From: Octopus bimaculoides
Lineage: Eukaryota
Length of the DNA: 64,000 nucleotides
Reading direction: 5' to 3'
Assembly: GCF_001194135.2 (NCBI RefSeq)
Contig: NC_069003.1
Coordinates: forward strand, 31,937,463 to 32,001,462
Shown here one piece after another: positions 28,500 to 42,153 of this stretch (the first letter of the stretch is position 1; the number at the start of each line of letters is the position of its first letter). The position numbers and the translations under genes were made by a program. The notes beneath the pieces were generated by a model, which saw only the letters and a program-made list of their open reading frames with translations, was not told the DNA's origin and made no database searches.

Positions 28500-29003
28500 T
28501 AACAGCCGTGTGATAATAGGTATTACTCAAATGTCAAAAGATTTGTCAAATAAATGCATACTATCTTTTATAAACGTAACTACCACCACAAAAAATAGGG
28601 GCAACTATTCTGAAGAAATTTGGTCGCACAAAACCCGCCACCTTCCCTCTATGCACCAGTCTTCGGGTGTAACAGAAGTATCGAACCATTTATCAATGAC
28701 AAGCCAGCCTTCCTTACTTGTGGCAACAACCACAGTTACGCCCTTTACGTTTTGGGTTCATCTTCTGCTGAGGTCAACTTAGCTTTTTTTCATCCCAATT
28801 AGAGTCAATGTAGTAAAGTACCAGTCAAGTACTTACTGGAATGGGAATCGATTTATTCTTATAAAGCATCCTAGACAATTTATGACCTTTCGAACACTTT
28901 AAATAATCTGTTGTGTGTGACACAACTCTGTTTTTGTGTCACAACATATCTAGTTTAATGAACTTAACACAATTTATCAACAGAGAGAGAGAAACAGAAA
29001 GAA

Positions 29004-29037
<34 letters not shown>

Positions 29038-29748
29038 AATATTTGTAAAAATCTTCTCAATTCAATGAGGTCATTTCAGAACTTGACAAATAATTGATAT
29101 TAAGAAAACGAAATAATTCGATTCGACTTCATAGAATTATGAACTTTTTCGTGCTGTTGGACTTTAGGAATTACTGAGAATATACATGACTTGATCCTCT
29201 ATCCAATAATAAACACATTCTCTAAATCTATAATTAGAATTTCGATAAATCTCGCGCTTTATATATATATATATATTTTAATTAATGCAAACCCCAAANN
29301 NNNNNNNNNNNNNNNNNNNNNNNNNNNNNNNNNNNNNNNNNNNNNNNNNNNNNNNNNNNNNNNNNNNNNNNNNNNNNNNNNNNNNNNNNNNNNNNNNNNN
29401 NNNNNNNNNNNNNNNNNNNNNNNNNNNNNNNNNNNNNNNNNNNNNNNNNNNNNNNNNNNNNNNNNNNNNNNATTTTGCTTTTAGTGTAGTGTGTTGTCTG
29501 TCTTTTAAACTGTCTTATGTTGAATGTTTCGAATTATATTCTAAGATTTTACAGAAATCTTTATATAATTCTTTCTACTATATATACACAGGACCTGGAA
29601 TTTGGTGGATGGTTACGTGGTGGACACATGAGGCGTCTGCATTGCATGTAAACATGTTAAGGATAGGATCTCAATTATCGCCGGGTGTCTGATGCATTCA
29701 GGAAAAGATGCTCGGGTGGATGTTTACATGTGTAAAACCTGTAATAAG

Positions 29749-29784
<36 letters not shown>

Positions 29785-30107
29785 AAAATGTGTTTATACA
29801 TACATATCTCTATCTATGTTGTGTGTATATGTGTGTGCTCGTGTTAAATATATGTATGATACACTTGAAAATGGAAAACATGTGATTGAAGTTGTCTCCG
29901 TCCGCCCTTATCTTCAACACAATAGTTCTTAATGGGGGTGTTTTAGAATATTTTCATTATAAGGTGATAAATAAACAAGGAATTTCGGAAACCCTGTCGA
30001 TCATATACATAGATTCCTATCAATAAAATTATGAAAAATGCATATTATATTACATTATATTAGATCATTATTTTAGACTATAATGTAGTATATTTCGCAA
30101 TGCTTAC

Positions 30108-30478
30108 CTGATTTCGAACAGGCCCGGTTTATCCAAATTGCTGGCCTCAAAGTTGAAAGAAGCATTGTAGATATCAATTTCTCCTAAAGGTAGCATGTCG
30201 TGTTGACTCCGGTAATGATAAAGTTTACATGTTTTTTCGGAGAACACGAAATATCTTTGTTTGTTTATCTTAGGCAAAAGCTTGGTGTTGGGCCTCACTG
30301 ACAACCACCCATACAGTCGGTCTCCTTCACAAGCCGTGTCATCATAGGCCCCCGATGTAGACGTATCTCCTCCATTCAGTGTATTGGACACCCCAATATC
30401 CAGATGCTTCACCTCTGCAACACAAGTCACTTCAACTGGTTTCGACTGTCCAGCGATGTTCACTTCCATAATCGACAC
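30108..30478 (-). CDS. TBC1D2B: First coding exon of TBC1 domain family member 2/2B-like protein (N-terminal PH domain)
   Basis: Translation contains LYGWL...KQRYFVFSEKTCKLYHYRSQHDMLPLGEIDIYNASFNF, which matches the TBC1D2/2B PH domain as I recall it (RWFVFDARRCYLYYFKSPQDALPLGHLDIADACFSY). ATG at 30478; exon ends at a strong donor CAG|GTAAGC (phase 2). The TBC1D2 vs TBC1D2B paralog cannot be resolved. Confidence 0.85.
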
Positions 30479-30902
30479 TAACGAGTTTTCCCTCGATCTA
30501 TGTATTATCTTGTATCCACTAATCGCACCGACGAGATCAGCCCTTGAAATGGCTTATCGCTAGTTTCGCTTCATACATAGCTCATAATTACCATTACCCT
30601 CTGTTCCTCCCTCAAACAAGATCTGTCTCAATGGATAAATACTTTACTGTTTCAGAAAATCCGGCTTCCGCCTCACTGGATGGCAGAAACTGAATACTGC
30701 TCATACATCCTTGGCACATGAAACAAACAAAAAATAACGAAGATAATCCTTCTCTCTCTCTTTCACCCCCTCTCTCTCTCTCTCTCTGCATCACTCTTCC
30801 ACTTTCTCTTTGCACCACTTTCTCTCTCTCCCTTATTCTATCTCTATCCTTACTCTCCTCCCCTTCTTTCGCTTTAATTTCTTCCTCCTCCCTGTTTTCT
30901 TT

Positions 30903-30943
<41 letters not shown>

Positions 30944-33143
30944 ACTTTATTTCTTTATATCTTCCTCTCCCGATTCTTTTTCTTTCACTCTCCCACTCCC
31001 TATTCTCTCACTCCGTTTGTGTGTGTGTGTGTGTGTGTACATTTTATTTTACTATCTTCTACTCCGTGTTTTCATCTGTCTCTCTTCACTTAGTCTCTCT
31101 CTCTTTCTCTCTCTCTCTCTCCAATCTGTTGATAATTACGATTTCAGTTCGTCTTTTCTTATCACTCCAAATATTGACAATTTTTGGATCTATTCAATTA
31201 GACGGCCAGATTTTTTAATTAATTTTTTTTAACTAAACACTTTGAAACTTTAGATACTGGTAGAATGTGTCACATAGAACAGGGTTTATTCCAAATTTTT
31301 TTGACAAAATTTTGTATTTTAGAAGTTATTTCATGTTAAAGTTGTCGTATTTTGGTAATTTTAACCAATCAATGACGTTTTATTCAGCCGAAGAAAATTA
31401 CTACTGCTGTTTGCGAACAACTTCCGGGTCCCACATAATTGAACCAATAAAAGAGCCTCTATCTGGTCGCTCGATGGGCTAAAAATAGCAGCCAAAGTAT
31501 CCCTCTGCCTAAATCACACGCCCATTGTATGTAATGTTCTAGATTATCCCAAAAAAGACGGTTTGCTGTATCAGGGTTGATTTGAGGCTAAATGACAACA
31601 AAATTATGGTAAATTTCTATATTAATACCCACACGATTTTCACTAAAAAAAAAATTAAAAACTTGGATTTTTTGCATGGAATCAAACACCATACAGTTCT
31701 TTCTGAGTCACATTAGTAGCAACATGGACTTTTCTCCCTCTTCTTGCTCTATTAGATAATTTGAGTAAAATTATATTAATGTATCCAACTGATTAAAAAA
31801 TTCTATGTATTTATTTATGCAGCTGAGGATAGCTCTGCATTTAAATTGATGTAATGATTGTATTGTTCAATTAAATGGAGCCGCTTGAAACGGTCATACT
31901 GCATCACCTATTGATATCCTGTTGCTTATTTTGGTTATATATACATTTGTGTGTGTGTGTGTGTGTATTATATACATGATGTACGAGATGATAAAGAATC
32001 AAGATGCCTGGCACCTTGCTGTACTCAAGAAAACCCGTACTCCACAGCAGAAATGTCAAGACTGGCTCCTCTGGTGGTGTAAGCAGCCATACAGTGCCAC
32101 ATAAAAGTGGCTGTGCAGAGCCATGGACGAGCACCCAGCACACTCTGCAAAGTGGTTGGCATTAGGAAAGGACGCCAAATCAGACTGAAGTCTGGTGCAG
32201 TTTGCCAGCTCTGGTTAAACCATCCAACCCATGCCAGCATGGACAGCAGATGTTAAATGATGATGATGATAGTGATGATGATGATATACAGTGGGTTTCT
32301 TTTAGTTTCCATCTACCAAATCCGCTCACAAGGCTTTGGTAGACCCAAGGCTACAGCAGAAGACACTTACTTGCCCAAGGTGCCATGCAGTGGGACTGAA
32401 CCTGGAATTATGTGGGGGTAAAACTTAAAAGGACATGAGAGAGAGGGAGGATATAGATAGAGAGGGAGGGAAAGAGTGAAATGACAGAGGGGGGTAGAGC
32501 AGGAGGAGACTGCTAGGGAAAGAGGAAAGAGAACGTTAATGGTTTAAAGAAAGAATGAAAGAATAAGAGATAATATGAGAGGGAGTTAAAAGAGAGAGAA
32601 AGACAAGGAGAAGGTAAACAGTGATAGAGAGAAAGACAGTGTGAGAGAGAGGGCGAGCGTGTATGTGTGTGTGAGAGAGACTGGGAGTGAGATGGTTGAA
32701 AGAAGAAGTAAATGTAAAGAAGGAGTGAGTGTAAATTAAATATATATATATATATATATATATCCCTATATTTTTTGTAGCTCTACGCTATCACATACTT
32801 ATAACCAAAGAATGTTGCAGAATTAGACTGTTCCAACATTTATGTGCTTACTCCTGTATANNNNNNNNNNNNNNNNNNNNNNNNNNNNNNNNNNNNNNNN
32901 NNNNNNNNNNNNNNNNNNNNNNNNNNNNNNNNNNNNNNNNNNNNNNNNNNNNNNATATATATATATATATAATACAAATAATAAATGAGTATATGCATAT
33001 ATATGTACATGCAAGTACATTTCGTTTCGTTTCGTCTCTCCAGTATTAATTATATAGCAACTGTCAGACATACGGGGTTTAAATAACATGTCAGCTCCCA
33101 TGGTTGATTAATTGAAGCGTGTGCTCGAGTTTCCAACAGAATA

Positions 33144-33243
33144 ATGGCAGAAAAAATTGTCAAACATGGACATCTCTTCCGAAAGTCTTTTACATTAGCA
33201 AACAAAAATGTTGCCAAGTGGTTTCCTGGTCACATGCATAAAG
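33144..33243 (+). CDS. MTG1: MTG1 exon 1 (MAEKIVKHGHLFRKSFTLANKNVAKWFPGHMHKG)
   Basis: WFPGHM motif of the RbgA/YlqF/MTG1 family; ATAATGG start context; donor AAG|GTATTG. Confidence 0.93.
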
Positions 33244-35285
33244 GTATTGCTTATGCATCTTATAAGACAAAGTATAGCAATTTGTGATGATGTTTATTTA
33301 TACTTTTTTTTAATTATTATTTACGTTGCCTTGCATGTACTTGCTGATCAATTATATATGTTTCCGGTTTTAATTTTTCAAATCTCTGCCCTCAGAGCCA
33401 GTCTCTAGTTCAGAAACAAGAGTGTTGTTTCTGATCTAGTTTCATTGGAATTTAGACGACATCAGCAAGGTACTACACACGTGCACAGTGCTTTCTTGAG
33501 GCGTGGATATATTAGGTAGTTGTCCGTGGGCCTAACGACTTCTCGAGGCCCGATCCTGATATATGTAGATCGCTGTCGATAAATAAATACTATAGGCCCG
33601 ATGCATTGATTTTTCCGATCAGTTTATAGTGCTGCTAAAATAGCCATGCATCTGCATGCATATTTGTCATTGGGTGTAAGGATGTTTCTCCAATCGTATT
33701 TGTACGTCAAATTGTGTGCTTACTATAATTGTCCGGTGTATTCAATATTGTTGTTTTGATCGAGGCCAGCCCTGATCGTGCAGGCCCATAATCAAAGGCA
33801 TTCCTGTCTTTTTAAGTGATATGTGTCTTTTCTTTACTTGAAGCTGTAAGGAGTAATTTGAAAAAATTCGGCTGCTATTTCTAGCAGGTCAAGCGGCAAT
33901 ATACGGGTTTCGTCATTGGTTTGTGTTTGTTTAATATTTGTCTATGGTAGTGAATACTCTCGGTTTGTCCCTGGTCGAAGCTATTTCAATACACTTTTGT
34001 TAATGTCCTTGAAAAAAAAAAGACAGGGAGTGAATTCCTGTACTTGGAGATAGGCTGTCCATTGAGTAAAACACCAGGTGTTTACACCTTTCGAATGTAC
34101 AGTTAAGATTGCTACTCTTATAAATTCCCCACAAATGGTTTCAATACAGTTTTAAAAGATTTGGAAGAATTAGATGAAAGTTCTCCGGTAATTTTCTTTC
34201 ATGTAAATAAATGTTATTCTTACAGTATGTCTATGTAAGAAATTCTCTCCCTCTCTCTCTCCCCCTCTCTCTCTCCCCCTCTCTCTCTCTAATAGCCGCA
34301 GGCGTGACTGTTTGACAAGAAGTTTGCTCCCCAATCCTATGATCCCGTGTTCAGTCGCACTGCGTGACACCTTCGAAGACAGTCTTCTACTGTTACCTTG
34401 GACTAACCGAAACCTTGTGAATGGATTTGGTAGACGGAAACGTTTGTCCCCCATCACCGCTTACAGCCGGTATTGGTGTGTTTACGTCCCCGTAACTTAG
34501 CGGTTCGGCAAATCGGCAAAAGCGACCNNNNNNNNNNNNNNNNNNNNNNNNNNNNNNNNNNNNNNNNNNNNNNNNNNNNNNNNNNNNNNNNNNNNNNNNN
34601 NNNNNNNNNNNNNNNNNNNNNNNNNNNNNNNNNNNNNNNNNNNNNNNNNNNNNNNNNNNNNNNNNNNNNNNNNNNNNNNNNNNNNNNNNNNNNNNNNNNN
34701 NNNNNNNNNNNNNNNNNNNNNNNNNNNNNNNNNNNNNNNNNNNNNNNNNNNNNNNNNNNNNNNNNNNNNNNNNNNNNNNNNNNNNNNNNNNNNNNNNNNN
34801 NNNNNNNNNNNNNNNNNNNNNNNNNNNNNNNNNNNNNAAACTAGGTGAGAGTCGCCGACAGATCTCAAGAGACCTGTCTTTCCCAATGTGTAAAGTCGGA
34901 CGCCGGCGGTCTGAGCGGAAGAGGTCAACGGGTGGATCCAACAGTCAAGAAGGCGATTTCTGCAAACGAGATTGTACAGAACAGGAATCCCCAACTGCTG
35001 GGCTGTTGGTCATTTAACACCAGGCTGCGCAAAAAGAATAAATTTTTAAAATTTTATTTCTATTTTATTGACTGTCGCAAGCGTCAAACTTTCTCAGTCT
35101 AAATTAGTCTGGCGAGGGTTATTTCCCTTGCTTTAATTTCATGGGATATTTTGATGCGAATTGGATGCTACATCAATCATTTTTGTTCTCATACCAATAT
35201 AATATTACCTTTTCTCTTGTCATACCTGTGTAATATTAATGTTTCGATTGTCACACCTGCATAATATCAATTATGATTATTACAG

Positions 35286-35350
35286 GTATGCAAAAAATGG
35301 TCAGCCGTATCAAAAGTGTTGATTGTATCATAGAAGTAAGAGATGCAAGA
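35286..35350 (+). CDS. MTG1: MTG1 exon 2 (GMQKMVSRIKSVDCIIEVRDAR)
   Basis: Acceptor TTACAG|, phase matches exon 1, conserved VDCIIEVxDAR motif; donor AGA|GTATCCTTT. Confidence 0.93.
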
Positions 35351-36163
35351 GTATCCTTTTCACCTGATAAATAATGACTACTTTTAAGGAAAGGTAAGTT
35401 ATCAAGAGAGTATATAATACAGCAATGATATCAGAAAATATAATATACTTCTCTTCACACTCTTTTTCATATCAAGCAGGTGGTCTATATATGATAAAGT
35501 CAAAAATTTGTATTTGTGTAGGCATAACCTTGTGACTAAGTTTGCTTTATTATTGAGTAGCTGCTAGTTCAGCCCTTCTGCTTTGAGCATAACCTTTTTC
35601 ATGCCTCCTGCATTATTGAGATCACCATGCAGTTTGCAGAACTACAAACCCTGGGAGAGATGGGGGCAGAGGTTTGGCTTCGTGCTAGGGGATGAGAGGA
35701 TTGCTATGAGAGCAGTAGGGGTGGCAGTGTAGGTTTGTGGAGGGATCTGCATGACTACTCGTGTCTAGTAGGGGGGAAAAAGCGAGAACAGAAAGAGAAA
35801 ATGACCAGTAGGAACGGCAAGACATAGATACTGGTGATAAAGTGCTCAGGTGCTCAGGTGTCCCCCCCTACTAGGCACAAGCTGAGTAGAAGTGGATGGG
35901 TGGGCAGTTTGCAAGATTGTATGAGAAAGTGGATGTCTGGTGAGGAGGCAGACTGCCAAGAGATGGGTTGAGTTGAAAGGTGGATGAAACTGGTGAAGAT
36001 AAAGGGATGCCGAAAAGTGGGGGTGGTGATCAGCGGGTGTATTAAAGATGATACAGTTGCTGGGTGTGAGGAAACAAGAAAGATTTGATATGATTGAGTA
36101 GTCTGCAGTCAGGCAAATGCATAAGGGGGGTTCTCATGGATGCTCACTTCATTTCTTTACATT

Positions 36164-36194
<31 letters not shown>

Positions 36195-36332
36195 TTATGA
36201 ATAGAGAGAGATGTATATCTGTATGTGTATATATGTATGCATATATTTTTATAGATATATATATTTAACAGATGCTAAATAATGATGATGATTTATGCTT
36301 GCATTGTATATGTTCCCTTAACATTTGAACAG
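35351..36332 (+). other. U12-type (minor spliceosome) GT-AG intron, MTG1 intron 2
   Basis: 5' site GTATCCTTT; branch box TTCCCTTAAC at 36313-36322, 10 nt before the AG; no polypyrimidine tract. Confidence 0.9.
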
Positions 36333-36527
36333 ATTCCATTGTCAGGGCAGAACCCCAAGTTTTCTGGAATCATCGCTGCCAGACCACATGTGTTACTTTT
36401 GAACAAAGCTGACCTATGTGATATGAGTTTCAAAGATGATGTTGAACGCATGTTAAAGCAAGATGGCATAAAAGAATTGATGTGGATCAACTGCAAGGAA
36501 CAGTTTCCTTCTGTGATAAAGAAAGAT
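36333..36527 (+). CDS. MTG1: MTG1 exon 3 (IPLSGQNPKF...PHVLLLNKADL...INCKEQFPSVIKKD)
   Basis: IPLSG continues the DAR-IP motif; NKxD (G4) motif of a circularly permuted GTPase; donor GAT|GTTTGT. Confidence 0.93.
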
Positions 36528-37738
36528 GTTTGTATCTAGTTTTTTTACTTTCTTGTATTTTTTCTGTGGGTGTCTATACCTAAATCGTCTAATTTGTTTC
36601 CAGGTAGTTTGCTGGCTTGGTTGTGTGCTTAATAGGCTTGCTTCCTAACCATGCAGTTTGGGGTTCAGCTCCACTTTGCAGCACCTTCTGCAAGTGTGTA
36701 CTATTATAGTCTCAGACTGACGAAAGCCTTGTGAGTGAATTTGGTAGATGGAAACTAAATGAAGCCTAGCATATATATATGTGTGTATATCCTTGTCTTG
36801 ACATCTTATGATGGTTGTAAATGACCATCATTGTCTTCATCATTTAGCTTCCCTTTTCCATGCTAGTATGGGTTGGATAGTTTGACTGGAACTGATGAGC
36901 TGGAGCACTGTACCAGGCTCCAGTCTGGTTTAGCTTGCTTTCTACAGCTGGATGCTCTTCCTGATGCTAACCACTCCATAGAGTGTAGTGGGTGCCTTTT
37001 ACATGTCGCCGGTAGGAGTGCCTTTTATGTGTCACCAGCACATAGAAAACATGTCCGACCATGGGAACATATTACCTTGCTTGGAATCAGGTTAGGGTCG
37101 ACAACTGGAAGGGCATCCAGCTGTAGAAACACTGCCAGATCAGATTGGGGCCTGGTGCAGCCTCCTGGCTTCCCAGACCCCAGTCGAACCGTCCAACCCA
37201 TGCCAGCATGGAAAGCGGACGTTAAACGATGATGACGATGATGATTTCAGTCTGGTGCTGATTTTATCACTATTTATTAAATGGCTAAATTAAACCTTTT
37301 GTGTTAAAGGGATACAACTCAGTACACAGGTAGACACAAACGTACATACGTGTGTGTGTGTTGTGTGAAATAATCTTCCATATAGTTTTTGTCTACCAAA
37401 TTCCCGTTACAAGATATTGACCAGCCTGCAGCTACAGTAGAAGACTCTTATTCAATTTGCTATGCAATGACCCCATACATTGTACTACTTGGTTATAAAG
37501 CACACTTCATCATCATCATCATTTAACAACCATCTTCCGTGCTGGCATGAGTTGGACAGGTAAGCCTGGGGACTGTGCCAAGCTCCACTGTCTGCTTTGG
37601 CATGGCTTTTAAAAGTGCACGACCCTCCTAACGCCAACCACTTTACAGAGTGGGCTTGGTGCATTTTATGTAACCCCAGCACTGATGAGGCCTGCTTTAG
37701 CATGTTTTCATCATCATCGTTTAACGTCTGGGCTAATA

Positions 37739-37779
<41 letters not shown>

Positions 37780-37789
37780 NNNNNNNNNN

Positions 37790-37831
<42 letters not shown>

Positions 37832-38282
37832 GGCTTCTTTCAGTTTCAATCTACCAGGTCCACTCACAAGGCTTTGGCTAACTTGGGGCTATAGCAGAAG
37901 ACACTTGCTTAAACTGCCATACAATGGAACTGAACCCAGAACCATATAGTTGGAAAGCAAACATCTTACCACACAACCACACTTCTAAGTGGTAAAAAAA
38001 GAATTGGTAGTTCTTCAAGCCAACAACTGAGTCTCTACATGGTTGCTCAACCGGCTACAAATACCTGTCAAATCAACCTTAAAAGATAAAGTACAAATTG
38101 GATGATATGGACCTTGAGATATTATATTTAAATAGAACAAAACAAGATAATCATGCTTGAAATAGCTTTGATTATAGATCTGTTCAATCAGAAATGACGA
38201 GCTAAACAACAGCGACTGATAATTATTCACTGGGAATCAGTGATGTTTTTCATTTAACTACTTTTTTTTTTTTTTTTTCCAG

Positions 38283-38339
38283 CTGATACCAACTATAATG
38301 AACAGCATTAATTCCTACGAAAGATTTAAACAGACAGAT
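38283..38339 (+). CDS. MTG1: MTG1 exon 4 (LIPTIMNSINSYERFKQTD)
   Basis: Poly-T tract plus CCAG| acceptor; GAT|GTAAGT donor; 57 nt, phase 0-0. Confidence 0.88.
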
Positions 38340-39457
38340 GTAAGTACTATTTTAGTTAACACAAACATCCATAATCTAACCAAAATCTAAAATCTCAGAG
38401 TCGGAACTGTTGTATACAGCATTGTGTGTCTCAAAAATTTCTTAAGCCTGGTGCCATTTGTCTCCTGTCAAGCATTGTTAGCTATTAGTTTAGCTGTGAG
38501 AGGCACTCTTCTGCTCTTTGATAGACATTTATTCTTCACGTTGCTTGATGCCTACACATTCTCCTCACCCAGTAAAGTGCATGGGCAGTTTAGTTGCTGA
38601 CTGCTCACCCACAGGGAAGGCTATACTGAGTTAGATGCTGTCAGTAGTTGGTAGAAATTGACCCAACCTAACGTGTTACCTTTAGGTGACCGAATTAATA
38701 AAATTTTGCTTAAAGCATTGCAAATAACTGTAAATGCCTTCTAAGTTCCTCAAGCAGTCCAACCCATGCCAGCATGGAAAACAGACATTAAAGGATTATG
38801 ATATATAGATATACATATATAGACATATACATAAGACTTCTTTTAGTTTCCAGGTATCAAAGCCACTCACAAAAGCTTTGGTCTGCTCAGGGCTATAGTA
38901 GAAGGTACTTGCCCAAGTTGTTACACAGAGGGACTGAACCCAGAACCATCTGGTTTAAAAGCAAACTTCTTAGCACACAGTTATACCTGTCCACTGGATT
39001 TCCAATAAACTGAGAATAAGCAACAACAGCATTTGAGCAGTGGTGGCGGTGGTGGGGGGTAATCTTGCAACAGACTTGCTTCAGTTTGTATCGGGAGAGA
39101 GCAGTGAGGCAATACTATGGGTGTCCTTTTCAAACCAAGAGGCCCTTGCAAAGTTGTTTGGAAGACCAACAGTTTCCCACACAACCAGCCACTCCTCTTC
39201 ATGCCACTAATGTTGACTAACAGAAGGGTAAGGGCTGACACAGTCCCACCTCAACATCATTGCAGGAATTGCCAGAATGAAGTTGAAGAAAATGTTAGGT
39301 TGCCCTAGAGACTGCAGCTCCTAATTTGTAGTCAAATTAACCCCAATACTTTATTGGCATTGGTACTTTTTTTTTTTGCATTTACTTTAGAAGGCATGTA
39401 TCTTGTAAACCGTATAATATTACTGCTTATTCACCCCTTCCATCTCGTTTCTTTCAG

Positions 39458-39548
39458 TTATCAATATACAATGTGATGGTGATAGGAATACCAAATGTCG
39501 GAAAGTCTTCACTCATAAATACAATACGAAGGGTACTTATACAAAAAG
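39458..39548 (+). CDS. MTG1: MTG1 exon 5 (LSIYNVMVIGIPNVGKSSLINTIRRVLIQKG)
   Basis: G1/P-loop GxPNVGKSSLIN; TTTCAG| acceptor; AAG|GTAAAG donor. Confidence 0.95.
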
Positions 39549-40385
39549 GTAAAGCAGCCATTATTTCTGAAGACATCTTCAATGAATCATTCATTTCTCA
39601 ATTCAAACAACGAATTATATTCAGAAACATCGTCGTCGCTGCAGACTTTTAACTGAACATGCTCCTTTGTCACTTCCATTATAGCTTTGAAAGAAGAACT
39701 GTTAAAATCGAACTGCACTCTTCAAAACTTGCACTAAGAATAAGGACCAAGGTAAAATTATTACCTGCTTTTATACCAAGTTGATGCAGGTAGTTTATCC
39801 TGCACCCCCCCACCTCCAACTTTTAGTTCATGCAATTGAAAAGACTGCACCACCCAGTCCAGGGATTGAAACCATTGTCTTGCGATCATGAGTGCAACAT
39901 CCTACCCACTAGGCCATGTACCCTCAACACATGCCAAAGGCACCAGGCATCTCGGTCCTTTGTCAAAATATATGTGTGTGTGTGTAAGTGTATGTTTGTG
40001 TGTACCCTTGTCTTGATATCATGTGATGGTTATGAACAAGCATCTCTGTCATACAAGCGGTGTTGTTCATTTCCAGTCTTCCATAGGTGAGAGTTGGCAA
40101 CAGGAAGGTCACCCGGCTGTAGAAAATCTGCCTCAACAAAATACGTCTGACTCCTGTACATATGGAAAAATGAATGTTGAAATGATGACAGTAGGTAGGC
40201 AGGCAGTCAGGCATACACATACACACATGTTTTTATTAGAATTTGGGTGGCTTAATTTGACTAAAATTTCAAGCCGATGCCCCACCATGGCTGCTGTCTA
40301 ATGACTGAAACAAGTAAAAGATAAAAGATATATATATGTATGTGTGTGCGTGTGTGTGTATACATATACATATATATATATTCAC

Positions 40386-40426
<41 letters not shown>

Positions 40427-40583
40427 TATCTATATGTATATACATACATATATATGTGTGTATATATACATATATATACATATATATATATGTATGTACA
40501 TATATATATATATATATAAACATATATATACATACATATACACATATACACATATATATATATATACACAGATATGTATACAT

Positions 40584-40618
<35 letters not shown>

Positions 40619-41156
40619 CATACACACATATAAAACTCTATTAAAAGCATGTCAAGCTGTCATTTTCCTGTTTACACTGGTTGTTTTTCTTTGATTTTGG
40701 ATTTTGATTGACTGCTTATTATTTCTTTCTCTCCATTCAATTATTTATTTCTTTGCTTGCTTTCTATCTGTTTTTTTTATTTATATATTTATTTATTTAT
40801 TTATTGCATTCATTTTATCATTCCTTACATCCTTTCAATTTTTTCTTCCTTTTTTTTTTTTTTTTAACCCCCAAAACTCAATGCATTTCCATCCATCATT
40901 CGGTGTGTCAGCCCCTGATGAGAACAAAGCTTCAATGCTATCAGATGTTTCCCAATTACCAACGCATTGTCAATACTCTTGACTCTTTGAAATAGGGATG
41001 AAGTAGTAAGCTGTATTATGTGTGTGTATACACATGTGTGTGTGTGTATACACATGTGTGTGTGTGCACGTGCACATATGTGTAAATATTCATTCACATA
41101 TATATATGTATATATATATACACATACACACATACATGTGTGTGTATATTTCATGT

Positions 41157-41199
<43 letters not shown>

Positions 41200-42153
41200 C
41201 ATGCATATGCATATATATGCACACACACATATATGCATAAATACATATACATACATCCATATAATGTATGTGCATGTGTATATATATATATGTGTGTGTG
41301 TGTGTGTATATATATAAACACACACACACATATAGATAAATAAATAGATAGTTAGATAGATAAACGAAGGCATGGCTATGTCAAGACCTTCAGTTTGCGA
41401 CCACATGGTTTCTGCTTCAATCCTACTGCACAGCACCTTGGGCAAGTATCTTCTACTATAGCCTACCAGACTGAGTAAAATGTCATGAGTGAATCTGCCA
41501 GATGGAAACTAACAAAGAAGCCTGCCATGTATGTGTGTGTCTGTATTTGTGTGTGTGTGTGTGTATCTGTCTGTCTGTCTGTCCTTTTCTTGTCATCAAG
41601 CACTGATTGTAAACAAACTTCACCATCATACAAGAGGTGATGTCCAGATTAGGAGATATATACATTTGGTTGACAAAAAGAAGTGTGTCTTGCTATAGAA
41701 AATTTGCCTCAACAAGTCTCATCTGACCCATGCAGGAATGGAAAAGTTGATGTTAAAACAGACATATCCATATCCCATGTTGGAACAGGTTGGATGGTGT
41801 GTGTGTGTGTGTGTCTGTAACTGTGTATTCATTTGTTTTTACATCATTTTCCCCTGCTTTCATGTATTAGACAAATACGTATTGTTGAAGCATTGTTTTT
41901 ACACAGTTAGCTGCCCTTCCTGATGCTAATTCTTACTTCTAGGTTTTCATTCCACACATCTTTGAGAGCACAGACATTGCTGGCATTGATACCAATGCAG
42001 TCCTTAGACTCATCTTTTGATCTATTGTTTTCACTGATTAATCTCTTATTTGAAAAATATTAAAATTACTGTTCCCCGAATCTGATGTCATTATGGGAAA
42101 AAGAAGATATTGTATATAAATGTTAATTTTATTCCTTTTTTTTTCCATTGCAG

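Noticed and set aside
34838-35010. GC/CpG-rich fragment beside a gap in MTG1 intron 1
   Set aside because: No recognisable protein or splice pair; probably a transposon fragment truncated by the gap.
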